The translations under genes and the position numbers were made by a program. Below, in pieces: positions 49,671 through 64,000 of a DNA stretch of 64,000 nucleotides (position 1 is the first letter of the stretch; every line of letters begins with the position of its first letter). This DNA comes from Adineta vaga (taxonomy: Eukaryota > Animalia > Rotifera), in contig CP075497.1 in NCBI GenBank assembly GCA_021613535.1, forward strand, positions 3,658,001 through 3,722,000. Reading direction: 5' to 3'. A model generated the notes under the pieces. It worked only from the letters and a program-made list of their open reading frames with translations, did not search any database and was not told where the DNA came from.

Positions 49671-51792
49671 TTAGAGTTCATCATCAGCAGCCTTTTTGCT
49701 CTTCTTCTTTCCATTACGATCATAATTTGTAAGAGGTTCACTTGATTCTTTGGCTAAATATTTGATAAAATCATCGACTTCTCGACCACCCTGCAAAAAT
49801 AAGTCATTCAATTTACGAAAACAAATCAAAAGAAAAACAAACTTCATATTTGCGTGGATTCTTCTTGTTATTTTTAGGAGCAAAATAGATGGTTGGAAAG
49901 CCTTGAACTTCATAGCCACTTGGAACATCATTTTCAGTTGCGTCCATTTTAGCACTAAGAAGAGAATTTTCTCTCAAAAACAACTTCACAGAAAAACATG
50001 CGATCTTACATGACGATGCTTGATTCTTTTTTCAATTTCTTAGCTAATTCATCATATTTAGGAGCAAGTGATTTACTAAAAACAAACAAAAACGAAATTC
50101 TCAATCGATAAAACTTCTCCTGTTGATCTTACCAATGACCACACCTAGAAAAGAAAAGAAAAGAGAAGAGAAGAATTAATACAAAATCAAACGAATAAAA
50201 AGCAAATGTTTTTTTTTACCATGGTGCATAAAATTCAATTAAAACATCTTTTGTTTCATCATTAACAATATCATTGAAGTTCTTGGCAACAATAACTTTA
50301 ACATCTTCAGTTTGTTCTGGAACAGGTTGTGATTTCAAATATTGTTCGAGATCACCTTTAACTAACTTGCGGGCGAAATCTTCTAATGCTTCATAACTAA
50401 AATCTCCTGTCATTTTATATTTTTCATCATTTGGTCCACGAGCAAGAACATATTTGCCATCTTTTTTCGCATCATCAATTCCGAATTCGGTCAATTCTTG
50501 ACGGAAGTCATCTAAATTGCTAACAGCAAAACGAGCTTTAACACTTTCATCGGCTAATTTCTTTGCAACTTTCAAGATACGATTGCGAACATAATTTGTG
50601 CCCTTTGTATCACGAACATAATCAACATTGTAATAGACAACAACATTTGGTTTGACGTAATCAGCAGCATTCGATGAAACACGATGACCAACAAGACCAT
50701 GACTTGAACGTAATGAACATTGATAGTTTTAGGGTAGGATAATGAAAAGAGATATACATACATTTTATCTTGAATGAATGATTTAACTTTATCACCAACA
50801 CCTTCAATGACTGAAAAAGCGTCTTCGAATTTGGAATGTAATCGTTTTGGTTGATGAATAAGAATTTTGCTAGAAAAGAAATTGATATAATTATACATTC
50901 ATAGGAATGAATAGAAAGAGATTTCATACTTGGTTTGACCAGCTTTTTCAAGAACTTCTTTAGCTGTTGTATAAGCAAAACGGAATTTTTCAGATAATTG
51001 ATCAGCAGCTCGAACAAGATCATTCTTCAATGAATGTGAATCACTATCGAAGTAACCTATTGAAAACTCAAATAGAAATATTTCTGATTTTAATTTTTAT
51101 CGACATATACCAATGATGCTATGATCGTTGTGTTCTAAGAATTTTTCATAATCAGCTAATGATTCAAGGACACGGTATGATGGACCAGCTTTTGATCGCA
51201 TTGTTGAAACAATTCCATCTAACAAAATATTAAGTCTTATCATAGAAATCAATATTTTCTTTCGATTTCAAACATACCAGCTTCTCGTGGACCATTATAA
51301 TCTTCAGAGACTTCACCGTTTTTAAAGATTTTCAATGCTAATCAATGACAGAAATCATTAGTTAATCTTTATGACTAGAGACAATAACCTACTTGGGTAA
51401 CCACTAACACCGTATTTAGCGCAGATTTTTGTTTCAACGGTACAATCGACCTTTGATGACAAAAGCACGTTATATTAAATCGAATCGAACCAAATGTACC
51501 TACTTTAGCTAAGGCAACAGGTGGATCATTCTTAATTAAAGCTGTTGCAGCTGTTTCATACTCTGGAGCAAGTCGTTTACCTGTTTGACAGAGAGAATAA
51601 TTACATATGTCCTTCTACATTGTCATAAAACAACTTACAATGACCACACCATGGTGCATAGAATTCAGCAAGTAAGATGTCATATTGTTTTACTTTTGTT
51701 TCAAAATCACTATCCGTAAGAACAAGTACATCACTTGCAGATGCATATGTCGCGCAAGCGATAAAGAGAGCAATACAGAGAACAGAACGCAT
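49671..51792 (-). CDS. PDIA3: Protein disulfide-isomerase A3 (ERp57)-like, many exons
   Basis: Signal peptide, two [10 protein letters not shown] motifs, [55 protein letters not shown] and C-terminal ER retention signal DDEL. Confidence 0.92.
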
Positions 51793-52274
51793 AATTTGTT
51801 CGTTCGATAGGCAATCTGATCTGAAAAAATGTTAGTAAAACTGTACAAAAATGTAAAATAAAAAAGGAAAGTGAGTGACGAGGTAATATGATCATTCCTT
51901 TCATGCTTAAATTTTCTATCAATAGAAATGCAGCAGCTGGCTATCGAATACACATAACGAAAGAAGAGAGAAGATTTGTAGACTTGGAGATGTTTCATTG
52001 GATCGATTATATTTTCTAATTCTTTCAAGTGAAAATCAAATGTTTAATTATGAATTTTTATTTCAATAGAATTTTTATAATTATTTACTAGATCAGATTC
52101 ATTTTTTGTCATGAAAGCTATTATAGAGGGCATCTGAATCTATCTTATTGGTAGTTTCGATAACCATATATCGATCAAGCCGAACTAGGTAAGGTAAGAG
52201 AGCGAGAGCGAGAGAGAAAGAGAAAGAGAAAGAGAGATAAAACACCTATCCAATACAAGAGTTATTCATTAAAA

Positions 52275-53936
52275 ATGTTTCCTGAATTTCGTAATCAACT
52301 CTTCGAATTACCACTGATTTCAAGTACATGGATATGGATTGAACATCGATATCAACAAGGAAAAGAAAATGTTCTGTTTCCAATACGATTAATGTTAACA
52401 ATATTTGAACAAATGATTCTAATAGTATATCAAAATATCATTCGACCTTTGCCCCAACCACGTCATCCTCTTTGTGAGTGTTGTTTGAATTGTGCTTGTG
52501 TTTGAATAACAAGATTGTATTGGTTTTTTAGTAAATAGTTTGGATAATTTTCTCTGTTCACATATCACTTCTATTCAATATTTTTGTCCAATCGTCGATG
52601 AAACTTTCGATGAAATAATTACTCGTTACGGTGATATATTTTTCTTTTCAAACTTTAATAAAAATTCCACATCAACATCTGCCAATAGTAATTCAAATGT
52701 CATGATAAACACTCGTCGAGAGAAAAAATCGTTTAAATTTATAGAGAAATATATTCAATTCTTAACAAATATTTTAATGACAACTGAAATCTATTCTAAA
52801 TCGATTGAAAATGAATTGAATGATTACATTGATACCAGTCGAAATCTTTGGAAAAACTTAAACATGGAAGATGGAAGATCATTAGATGAAGTTGAAGTAA
52901 GACTTTTGTCTTTATCACTTTGTCTCGTATTGTCAAATCTGCCTTCTCTATTTTGATAATATTAGTCATTTTCAGAAAAGTTGCTTGTTCTTGGTCGTCG
53001 AATGACTGGAAATTATCGTCAATTTGTATATCTAATGCGTTATCAATTGAAGCGATGTCGATATATTCTCTCTTCATTTTTATATGTTCATAAACGTTTC
53101 CGATCAACTGCATGGCGTATCACACAAAAGGTATATCATGATTTGAATAGCATTGATTATTTACTTTTTCTTAAATAGATACATATACGTCGAATCAATC
53201 AAATATTAAATGATCGTGCAAGATTGGGTTTAATAACATCAAGAGAACGTGTTCATTATTATTTAGAAATGATGATGTTACATGCAGCTAAACATCCATG
53301 GATGCGATGGATAACAGTAAGATTTCAATTGTTAATACTATTTTCATATGTTTGTATTTTAGCCACAAGCCAACGAGTCATTTCAACCAGAAGTTCGTAT
53401 TTTATTCTCATGAATTTTCACATTTACTTTCTTTTTCTTTAGCCTTTAAAACCATTGAAATGTATTCGTCCAATATTTTTTGTTTCGTCGAATAATACTT
53501 CTGACTGTAGTGGATCTGAAGATAATCTTCGTGATCATCATCCCAAACTTTTCGAATCAACACCCTATCGAAGATATTGTCAACAACCCGATGTAATTCA
53601 AACTAAAGCACAAATTGAAGATGTTTTATCGAATATTCCATCCTCTTCTTCTTCTTCAAAAGCATCGGAACAAAGTTTCGATGTTAAAGATATCCTTCAA
53701 CAAGTAAAATGATTAGAAACAAATATCAATGAATTGTATTCTATCGGTTTTTCTTTTCGAAAAAGGTTGGTTCACAATCTCGTCAAATATTAGATACAAG
53801 CAGTTCAGTCGACGAAATCAATGAAAATCAAATCATTGAACAAGCATTCAATGATGAGCATGAACAACAACAGCAACAACAATCAGTTTCAGTGTTTGAT
53901 CTTTCTCCAATGCTTGCCAGTGGTTGTGCTGTTTAA
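52275..53936 (+). CDS. Perilipin (PAT-domain)-like protein, multi-exon
   Basis: ELPLISSTWIWIEHRYQQGKE...|LNSLDNFLCSHITSIQYFCPIVDET resembles the PAT N-terminus (LPLVSST...Y.STK...N.YAC.GLD.IE..LPIL). The last exon ends at TAA 53934-53936. Confidence 0.5.
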
Positions 53937-54404
53937 AATAAAAAGACAGTTTATTCGAAATAAAATTGTTGAAAGCGTTCATCTTCTGATAAATGAGGAA
54001 ACTTTCATTGACAACTGTCTTGCTTTTATGTTTTTTGTTTATATACTTCAATCAATATAGCTTGTAGGGACATCATATAAACAACAATTTGAAAATGTCG
54101 ATAAGAAATGATAAGACGCAACTGCTGCTTTTACATCGATCATTCTAAAGTTTGTCAGGCAAAACAGATTGTTTTTCATTTTGTCTATTCCTATGAAATC
54201 GATTGTAAGGTAAGCAACTTTAGTGAAGTATTTTTCGATCTACGAAGAAAAACGAACAATAGAAAAAAAAGCAAAAATTTAAGAGTATTCTTTTGTTTTT
54301 CTTTCTTGTTGTATGAGTTTGAAATTGAAGTTGTTTATTGTGTTCACTGATCGTTATATTAGACAGCTTTTTCTTGTAAATATAACGATTGAAAAACTTT
54401 AATC

Positions 54405-55067
54405 ATGCGCGAGCCAATGTCCTTATCTGAATTATCAAATCGACAACGATTACGTACTAATCAAACTAAACAATTTTCAATACCTGATCCAATTGTTAAA
54501 GATATAAAACCGAAACGTCGAACATTCTATGATGAATCTCTTCAAGATATGATGGCAAAAGGAAAATCTATGTTTTCTTATTCAGGAGGCGATTATATTG
54601 TCGATCTTGCTTTATGTAAAAGTGATGGAGATATAAATTATGATTCAAAACCTACTAAACGTAAAAGAAAACGACCATATTATCGTCAATCAATCTATCA
54701 TTCACTTCTATCAAGTCCAATTCCAATTGAATTAACTCAATTAACTGCTCGTGGAGTAAAACCTGAACTTCAGATGACAATACCACCAATTAAAACTCAT
54801 AATAATGAACCAACGAATATCTATCGACATAATGCACCACCACCAACTCCACAATATGACGAAACTGAACAATTAACATCTCGTCAATCACAAGAAAAAT
54901 CTCGTATTTATCCATCAACACAAAAACTCAACAAAGGAAAAGAAAGATATTCACAATTTCATTTACCATCCCTTAATCTGTCTGTTTTGTCACGACAGGT
55001 ACCAAAAAAATTATCGGCAAAAGAAGTTCGTTCAACTTTATCGAATTATTTACAAAACTATTACTAA
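54405..55067 (+). CDS. Intronless basic hypothetical protein
   Basis: 220-aa ORF with host-like codon usage and an NLS-like KRKRKR. No family recognised. Confidence 0.6.
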   Translation: MREPMSLSELSNRQRLRTNQTKQFSIPDPIVKDIKPKRRTFYDESLQDMMAKGKSMFSYSGGDYIVDLALCKSDGDINYDSKPTKRKRKRPYYRQSIYHSLLSSPIPIELTQLTARGVKPELQMTIPPIKTHNNEPTNIYRHNAPPPTPQYDETEQLTSRQSQEKSRIYPSTQKLNKGKERYSQFHLPSLNLSVLSRQVPKKLSAKEVRSTLSNYLQNYY

Positions 55068-55320
55068 TCAATGAAATTACTGTGTATAAAAATTCTGTTA
55101 TTATTTATCGTATTTAAACCACATCATATTGCAGTTAATATAATTGATTATTTGGCGTATAATATGAAATATTTTATTGAAATCACAAAGTCATATTGAT
55201 CACTAAAAACATATTGATCTGTTTTTACAAAGAAAAACAATCACTTTATTGTTTTTTTTTTAATATTTTCTTTATGTTTGCTAAATAATTCAATTTATCA
55301 ATCGAGAGGAATGTTCTCCC

Positions 55321-57471
<2,151 letters not shown>

Positions 57472-58608
57472 ATTCTGAAAATAAATTTCATAGGTTTCTT
57501 TTTATTAAAGATTTCTACTTTGACAGAACTCCCTACAAGTGATATAATAAAATAACATTCTCGATCGTAGAGAGTATTTGTTGCCTTCAAATACATCGAA
57601 AAAATAGGACTATGTATTACCTTGTACTCCTCTATATATGTAATGAAGGAAAATATTTCTTGTCATATTGAATGATTACGTCTACAAAATACAGTATACA
57701 TGCGTCTTACTTCGAACTACTAGGAATAAGCGTTATTGAGAATACAGCTTTTTTCATTTGCACATCCGACGGTTTCTTGCTTTTCTATGCAATGATTACA
57801 TCGCGATAGGTAAAGAATGAGAAAAAAGAAAGAAGGAGAAAGAAATGAACGAAAAATCGCTTTACATTGAGAAGAATCATTAGAGCGTGGATTAGTAAAA
57901 TCATGACTTTTTCTTCATCATTGATTCCATCGAACGTCAAAAAGAAATAAAGAAACTTACGCTATGTATCTGAAATCAATTGTCGTCCATCAAAACACAT
58001 CTCGAATCATTTTCGCTTACTTTGGTCGACACTCTTACCAGCTAAGTTTACCATGATCTTGTGATCGAACTAATAATTAATCTTATTTCATGTCGATACT
58101 ACTGACATTGTTTAGTTACAAAAAAGAACATTTTCTATGCAAAATTTTAGAATATTCTAGCAATGGAAAAGAAATGCATCGTGTCATACGCGTTCCTATC
58201 AACTAAATGAAGAAAAAATGTGGACGAAGAGAGAAAAGATGACGGTAGCAGCAAAGTTTAGTTTTCTCTTGTTTCCTCTCTCTCACACACAATTCTTTGC
58301 GCCTTCAAATACAAAGTGGTTCTATACAACCGGAACTGAGTATAAGAAGATTTTTTTTTTATTCTTCCTCTCACTGTTGAACTGTCATCGAAGAGAAAAA
58401 AAACTGTTACATAGGATAGTAATCACGCATGTGTTTGAGCATGAAAGAAAAAGTATAGAATGAGTAAATGTAAATAGCGCTCATTGAATTCTTTTCTATT
58501 TTGAATCAATCGATTTCTGTTTTCGTTTATTTATTTCTCTTAATAAAAATCATGTGATGTTTGTTTGGTTTTTACGCACTAATTTCAGGACCTTTTTACA
58601 GATAAGCA

Positions 58609-58874
58609 TGCGATTATTACAGAATCGTGATCGAGTGGTTCTTCTTTGGATACGATCTATCTCATTAATAACATTCATTCTTCAAATTCAAACACTTATT
58701 TCAATAAGTGCTTATGCTAAAATATTATATAAACGTCGACAGTTACTACAGAATGAATTACATACAATTGGTATTCAATTTTTTTCGATGATGCAACGTC
58801 GTAAAAATTATCGAAAAACTTTACAAAGATTAAAGACTACTGAAAAACGAACACGAACAATTTCGCTTAATTGA
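58609..58874 (+). CDS. Possible short ORF or terminal exon with one hydrophobic segment
   Basis: Open frame after an acceptor (TTTCAG at 58589), with coding-like cgt/cga/caa codon use. Upstream exons were not resolved. Confidence 0.3.
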
Positions 58875-59452
58875 TGGAAGTTTAGTGATTTCTGAAGAAG
58901 GAGATGATTCATGACGAGTTTGAAATAATTGACTTAGACGTCTTTCTTCATATTCTTGTTCATGACGTCGATGACGTATGCATGGCAAATGTTGTTTTAT
59001 ATGACGTGCATCACTTAAACAACGAAAGTATTGGCCCATCGAACTATAGCTGCTACTTGACGAACCATTTATATGACTATCTTCACGAAAACGAATTGGC
59101 ATACCATAATGAATATCAAATATTGTAAGACGTCGATGTGTGCGTTCTTTTTCTTGTTTTTTCCATCTTTGAATTATATTTCGAAGAGAAGCTTGATGAA
59201 TTATATTTGATTCAGCTAAATAAGTTCGAATATTTTCATTCACAAGTAATGATTCATCAGTCCATTGTTTTTCATGTGATACAGGCATTAAGACATTATT
59301 TAAAGTTGATATTACTTGACTCTAAATTTGAAAACTGTCGGTATGTTTATTTATAACAAGAATAAGACATAAACCTTTGTATCATGAACTGAACTTGTTG
59401 GCATATCTTCAGGTGATGCAGTATAAATCCATCCATCCCCGATTCTTGCCAT
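58830..59452 (-). CDS. Hypothetical protein, 2 exons
   Basis: ATG at 59452 (MARIGDGWIYTASPEDMPTSSVHDTK) splices via a GT-AG intron (~59374-59322) in frame to SQVISTLNNVLMPVSHEKQW...TKLPSIKRNCSCSFFSSL*. Confidence 0.65.
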
Positions 59453-62400
59453 TGAAAACTATATTTGTTTCTTTTTTAGTGTTTGATCGAGATTTATATC
59501 TAGACATTTTTTTGTTCTATTTTCAATGGAATTATATCAAGTAAACAATCAATATTCTGCTGTGACAGATTGTCTTCAATTGGATCAGAGTTTATAAGTG
59601 TGTCGAAATAAAATTTTTCAACATCACGTGCACTTCTTCAAATTGAATTAATATCTGTAACATTTTTGAGAGACCAAAAGTCGAGTAAGTGTATGGAAAA
59701 ATGATTTTTTATGGCTATAATTTCTCTATTGAAGAAACATCTACTTCCAAAAATAACAGTAAACTTTTATAGTTAATTATGTAAAAAATCATAGATAGAA
59801 ATGATCTGTTCAGTTACATAAAGTTCATGAAGTCTTACAATTCGCTTTCAATACGTAAGAGTACTCAATACATATTGCATAAAAAATTTCCTTGTCAAAT
59901 CATGAATAAATTGCTTCATTTTAAGTACAATAGTACTCGATTTTGAATATGTATTTCATAACCAGTATATTTGTTACTTTGAATTCACTTACATTATTAT
60001 GTATTGATCAGTATTTGATTAATATTGAAAATTGTCAAATCCATATATTCAATATCAAGCACCTATAACGTTTCGATCATGACGTAATTATGTCTTTTAA
60101 TCGAAATTGAAATATATGTTTGGAAAATCAAGGTAAACAGAAACGCAGAGATGAAAAAGTCTCATTGAAACTTTATCAGACGACGAAGACTTATTTCGAA
60201 CTACAGAAATGGCTTGAAATTATTTTGAAGAGACCATAAAAAAGACAAAAAATTTCCAATTAAATATACTACTTCTATAAAATTACAAGAATACAATAAA
60301 ACCGAACTTTTCTTCGCCGAAGTCTTCGATATGAGTGAAGAATGATCCTTTTGTCTATAATAATTTTCTTCAGAGAAATCTCTTCTAAATAATGTGAAAA
60401 TAGTAAAAGAAAGTTTTTTCACAAGTTTCTAGTTAGTTAAGTTACAATGGAACTTAGAATTATATACAAGATTTCCTGATAGAAGCTAACACAAATAAAA
60501 TGAAGACAAAGAAAATAATTAAGAACGTCTGGTATTCATATCACATGAATTATCGATGTTAATATCAGATAGATATTTGAACAAATATTCTTATGCAAGT
60601 GTTCAATGTGTATAGATAGTATTACACACAAGCTATGGGGATAGCGATCGTAAGGATTTTTATCACTAATAGTTTTTCTTATGTTCATATAGGATGTTGA
60701 AGCTCAAGAAGTTATCAAGTATTTCGGTGCCAAAGGCATTTCTTTCGAAAATGAACAAGAAGCAATTTGTTGAAAAAATCTGTCACGCAAGTACTCATTA
60801 TTAGTCTTACAGTATCACATTGACATCGATCTTTTTACAATAGAACATAGAGTTCAAACGTACAATTATTTCGACATATGTCAATATGAATTTGCATCAA
60901 TAATTAGCTCATGGAGTATATGGCATAAATGCTTTTCTTCATTTTTTAACTGTATCTTATTATTGAATATTATTTTCTTTGAACATAACGGGATCTGTTT
61001 AAATGTTTATATATACAAATACTAGACATGGTAGTTATTGATTTCCGTAAATTAAATCAATTGAAACTGACAATCTTAATACTTCACTAGAATACTAATG
61101 TTTGTTGTTGTCATTTATAATTATCTATGATTAGACGAAGATTAAATCAGTTCAATGGCTTAAGTTATTTTGAAAAAGATTCAAAAATATCTGAACATTG
61201 TCAATAGATGTTGAAACCGTCTAATTTCATATATCCTACATGCGACTCTTTCTACCACTGTATGTGTCCGAGGGTATAACAGAATATTCCGATTTGTTAT
61301 CATTACACGCCTGTGTGAATCCTCTTTTGCTATAAATTATGTATAAAAATAATAAATTACTATGTTTCATCCAATAGATCGGCTAATCTTAAGTAGAAAC
61401 AAAAATATAATAAAAAAATACAAAAATAATTATAGAAAAACGATTTATTTTTAAATCGACATATTTAGATGACCTCTTGTTCTAATTTTTTCCAATTGTG
61501 TTTTTCAAAAACAGATATGACCTAGTTTGTTTTTTAAATTTAATAAACATGAGATGAACTGATTTTTTTATTCGATGTAACTCTTTTATTTCATGATATG
61601 ATCTAAATCAGAATCAATTTGAAAACTCTCAACACTTTATATTCAGTTTTGGTCAAAAGATTATCTCATGTCTTTCAACTGCATATTTATGGTTGATTAT
61701 TTCCTTTAATTATCATGACATCAAATGTTTCTTTTTCTTTTAAATATAAAGTATCTGGATTTTAATATTATCCTTTGTGTAAGTTTGAAAAACCTATGCT
61801 AGTCAGTACTTAAAGCTCATTAGACATTAGTTTTGACATGGAATAAAAATTTCATTCATCATAATGAGAGAAAAAGAGGATTCTTGACGTCAGATAGGTA
61901 CAAGAGTACAGGTATTCGTCAACAGGAGTTACTAGCAATGTTAAAGTAAAAGAAAATGTTTGTATTGAAGAGAATGATTCGAATTAGTCATTGAATAATT
62001 GTAGTTTGTCATCGTTTGTTCTCTGGGTGTGTTTTTCTTTCATCGCTATGATAATACGAAAAATACTTTTGGGTAATATTGTGATAAAATCATTTGAGAA
62101 TGACAAGTAGAAATTGGCAAATAGTGTTGATAGGCTCGTTTGCTGCCTTCTATAATCATATCTTTTCTTTCCCTCGATTATCTAACTTTGATAGAACAAT
62201 GGAAAGCAAATGAGTTTGGATTAAAGACGGTACTATTATGAAAGAGATCGATTTGTGTTGATTTGTCGAAAGAAGGTCGAAATGATACAAACGGAATAGA
62301 ATGTAATCAATCATGCCAAGAGAAATCGTTGACATTAGATTCTTTTGTATAGTAGGTAAGAGATTTATTGTCTTGAAAATCATGTCTACAAAACATAAGG

Positions 62401-62471
62401 CAATGAAAGGAAAAGTTCGAGTAATAATCATATATAATGATGATTGATGAAGAACCATTTCTGATCATACT

Positions 62472-64000
62472 ATGACTTCTAATATTCGGTAATGAAGAGA
62501 CATGTTTTAACGTTCTAATCTTTTCCTCATATTCTTCGATTTATTCTCGACATTTTATGAAAACTATCTGTAACAATAGTCGAATAACAGATCTTTAAGA
62601 CTGCGTACCCGATAGACAAATGATCTTGGGTGGCTCTTTTATTTTCTGGATAAAATCTTTCTTGATCTATATTATTAGTAAGTTCTCTAATTAACTATAT
62701 TCATTGTTTAGTGTGACTTTGCACGATATAATAAAGAGATATATTTAGAAGATATGAGCATCTGGTAAATATCTTTTCGACGAAGAAGTACAATTATTTT
62801 TCTCTATCAGACATGAGTTGTTGTTTCCGAATAAGATAAAATAAAAAAAGTAAGAGCTCTTGTTTTTGTCAAGTTTGTATTAAGAAAATTGATAAAATGA
62901 ACTTGTTCTCTTTCTATCGCTCTATCACAAGACGACGATGAGCTCTTTGATGCAAATAGTTCGAATAGAAAGAGAGAGAGAGGAGGAAGAAGAAGAAGAA
63001 GAAGAAGAAGAAGAAGAAGAGAAAAGAAAAGGAGAATGAGAAATAGAAAAGAACCGTTTCTCAATGTGGACGATACGCATAGATGAGGAAAACCATCTGA
63101 AATGTCAAAAACATCAAGCTCATCGGAGAGATCTGTCGAAAGTTTCATCTTTCTTTTTATTATCGATTCAAATTATCTAGATAGACATTATCATTATTAA
63201 TCAGATCATAAATAAAAAAGGGCAATAAAACAAATGTTTTTTTTCCCTTTATAGAATTCATTCGATTACGTTTCACGAAAATATGACAATTTTCTATCGA
63301 GTAATAACATTATTACTTTTTCTTTCTGTCTATATTATTGGTCTTATTGGTAATGGTCTATTAATTTGTAAGTTTTAATTCATTATTGTTTATGACAATA
63401 TTTTTCTTTTCATTTTAGTTATTGTATTTCGACAAAAAAATCTTCGTACAGTTCCCAATTTACTTGTAGTTAGTTTAGCACTTGGCGATTTCTTATTTGT
63501 CTTATTTTGTGTACCATTTGGAGCTGTCGCTTATTCTTTAGAATATTATCCATTTTCAACATTTTATTGTCGTTTTGAAAATTTCATTATTAATCTTTCA
63601 TTAGGTGTTTCTGTCTTTTCATTATTAGCATTAAGTGCTGATCGATATAAAATCATTGTTAAACCATTCTCTAGTCATGCAAATGATCCATCAATTAAAC
63701 TAAAAACAGTTGTTATATCGATTTGGCTTTTATCAATGATTCTTGCTATACCCGAAACAATTTATAGTGGTAAGTTTTCTTTTTTTGTATATGCGTGTGT
63801 AAAGACAAAGGATTGGTCAAGTATATGTCATACACTTGAGTTTAATTGGAAAAAAGAATTGAATATATTGTTGTCGATTTGTATTTTTGAGGTCTTATAA
63901 CAGAAACATTTCTTCAAGCAAATAACAAAACAATTGAATTAAGTTATTGTTGGAGTCCAAATCAAAGTGATTTACTTTCTAATCGTACATTTATGATTGG
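62472..64000 (+). CDS. Class A neuropeptide GPCR of the bombesin/CCHamide receptor type, runs off the window end
   Basis: IIGLIGNGLLI|FIVFRQKNLRTVPNLLVVSLALGDFLFVLFCVP...LSLGVSVFSLLALSADRYKIIVKP...IWLLSMILAIPE. The RTVPN, SLALGD and GVSVFxLxALSADRY motifs are typical of GRP/bombesin/CCHamide receptors. The first mini-exon at 62472-62488 (MTSNIR) is phase-compatible but tentative; an alternative ATG is at 63283. Confidence 0.8.
62986..63018. repeat. (GAA)n trinucleotide microsatellite
   Basis: About 11 tandem gaa units seen directly. Confidence 0.9.

Noticed and set aside
59500-62400. Gene-poor ~3 kb stretch, including an exon-like fragment at ~60693-60773 (DVEAQEVIKYFGAKGISFENEQEAIC*)
   Set aside because: No consistent multi-exon frame, transposase/RT motif or terminal repeat was found. 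It is most simply upstream regulatory DNA of the GPCR, with possible decayed fragments.
62807-63148. 113-aa minus-strand ORF with a poly-Leu 'transmembrane' run
   Set aside because: It is an artefact of the (GAA)n/purine-rich microsatellite.

Overview
AT-rich (roughly 30% GC by eye), gene-dense eukaryotic DNA with many ~45-70 nt GT-AG introns. Gene content and style (tiny introns, metazoan housekeeping genes mixed with foreign-looking enzymes, an F-box-like gene, a Gly/Pro-rich EF-hand protein) suggest a bdelloid rotifer; this taxon call is inference. About 27 genes can be assembled by hand. Recognisable ones are CCDC87-like, TTC39, RRP1, an SHB-family SH2 adaptor, CFAP126, two p25alpha-like genes, CHMP7, a carboxypeptidase A, RSL24D1, SDHAF1, TAMM41, a bacterial-type sarcosine/N-methyltryptophan oxidase, DOLK, a divergent TASOR/TEX15-like (DUF3715) protein, three class A GPCRs, ATP6AP2, TTC37/SKI3, a SAP+F-box-like protein, PDIA3, a perilipin-like gene and an NDP-rhamnose synthase. 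Five observations stand out. (1) An operon-like run at 20.3-27.7 kb has 77-191 nt spacers with splice acceptors just before the ATGs, a TAATG stop/start overlap between SDHAF1 and TAMM41, and an intronless bacterial-like oxidase embedded in it. (2) A probably horizontally acquired, intron-bearing rhamnose synthase has its domains in the reverse order of plant RHM. (3) A remote TASOR/TEX15-like pseudo-PARP protein carries a KIKL motif. (4) A 12-nt in-frame micro-exon carries the second CGHC active site of PDIA3. (5) The second of two tandem GPCRs has a frameshift. All family calls come from remembered motifs, not database searches, and exon boundaries were read manually.
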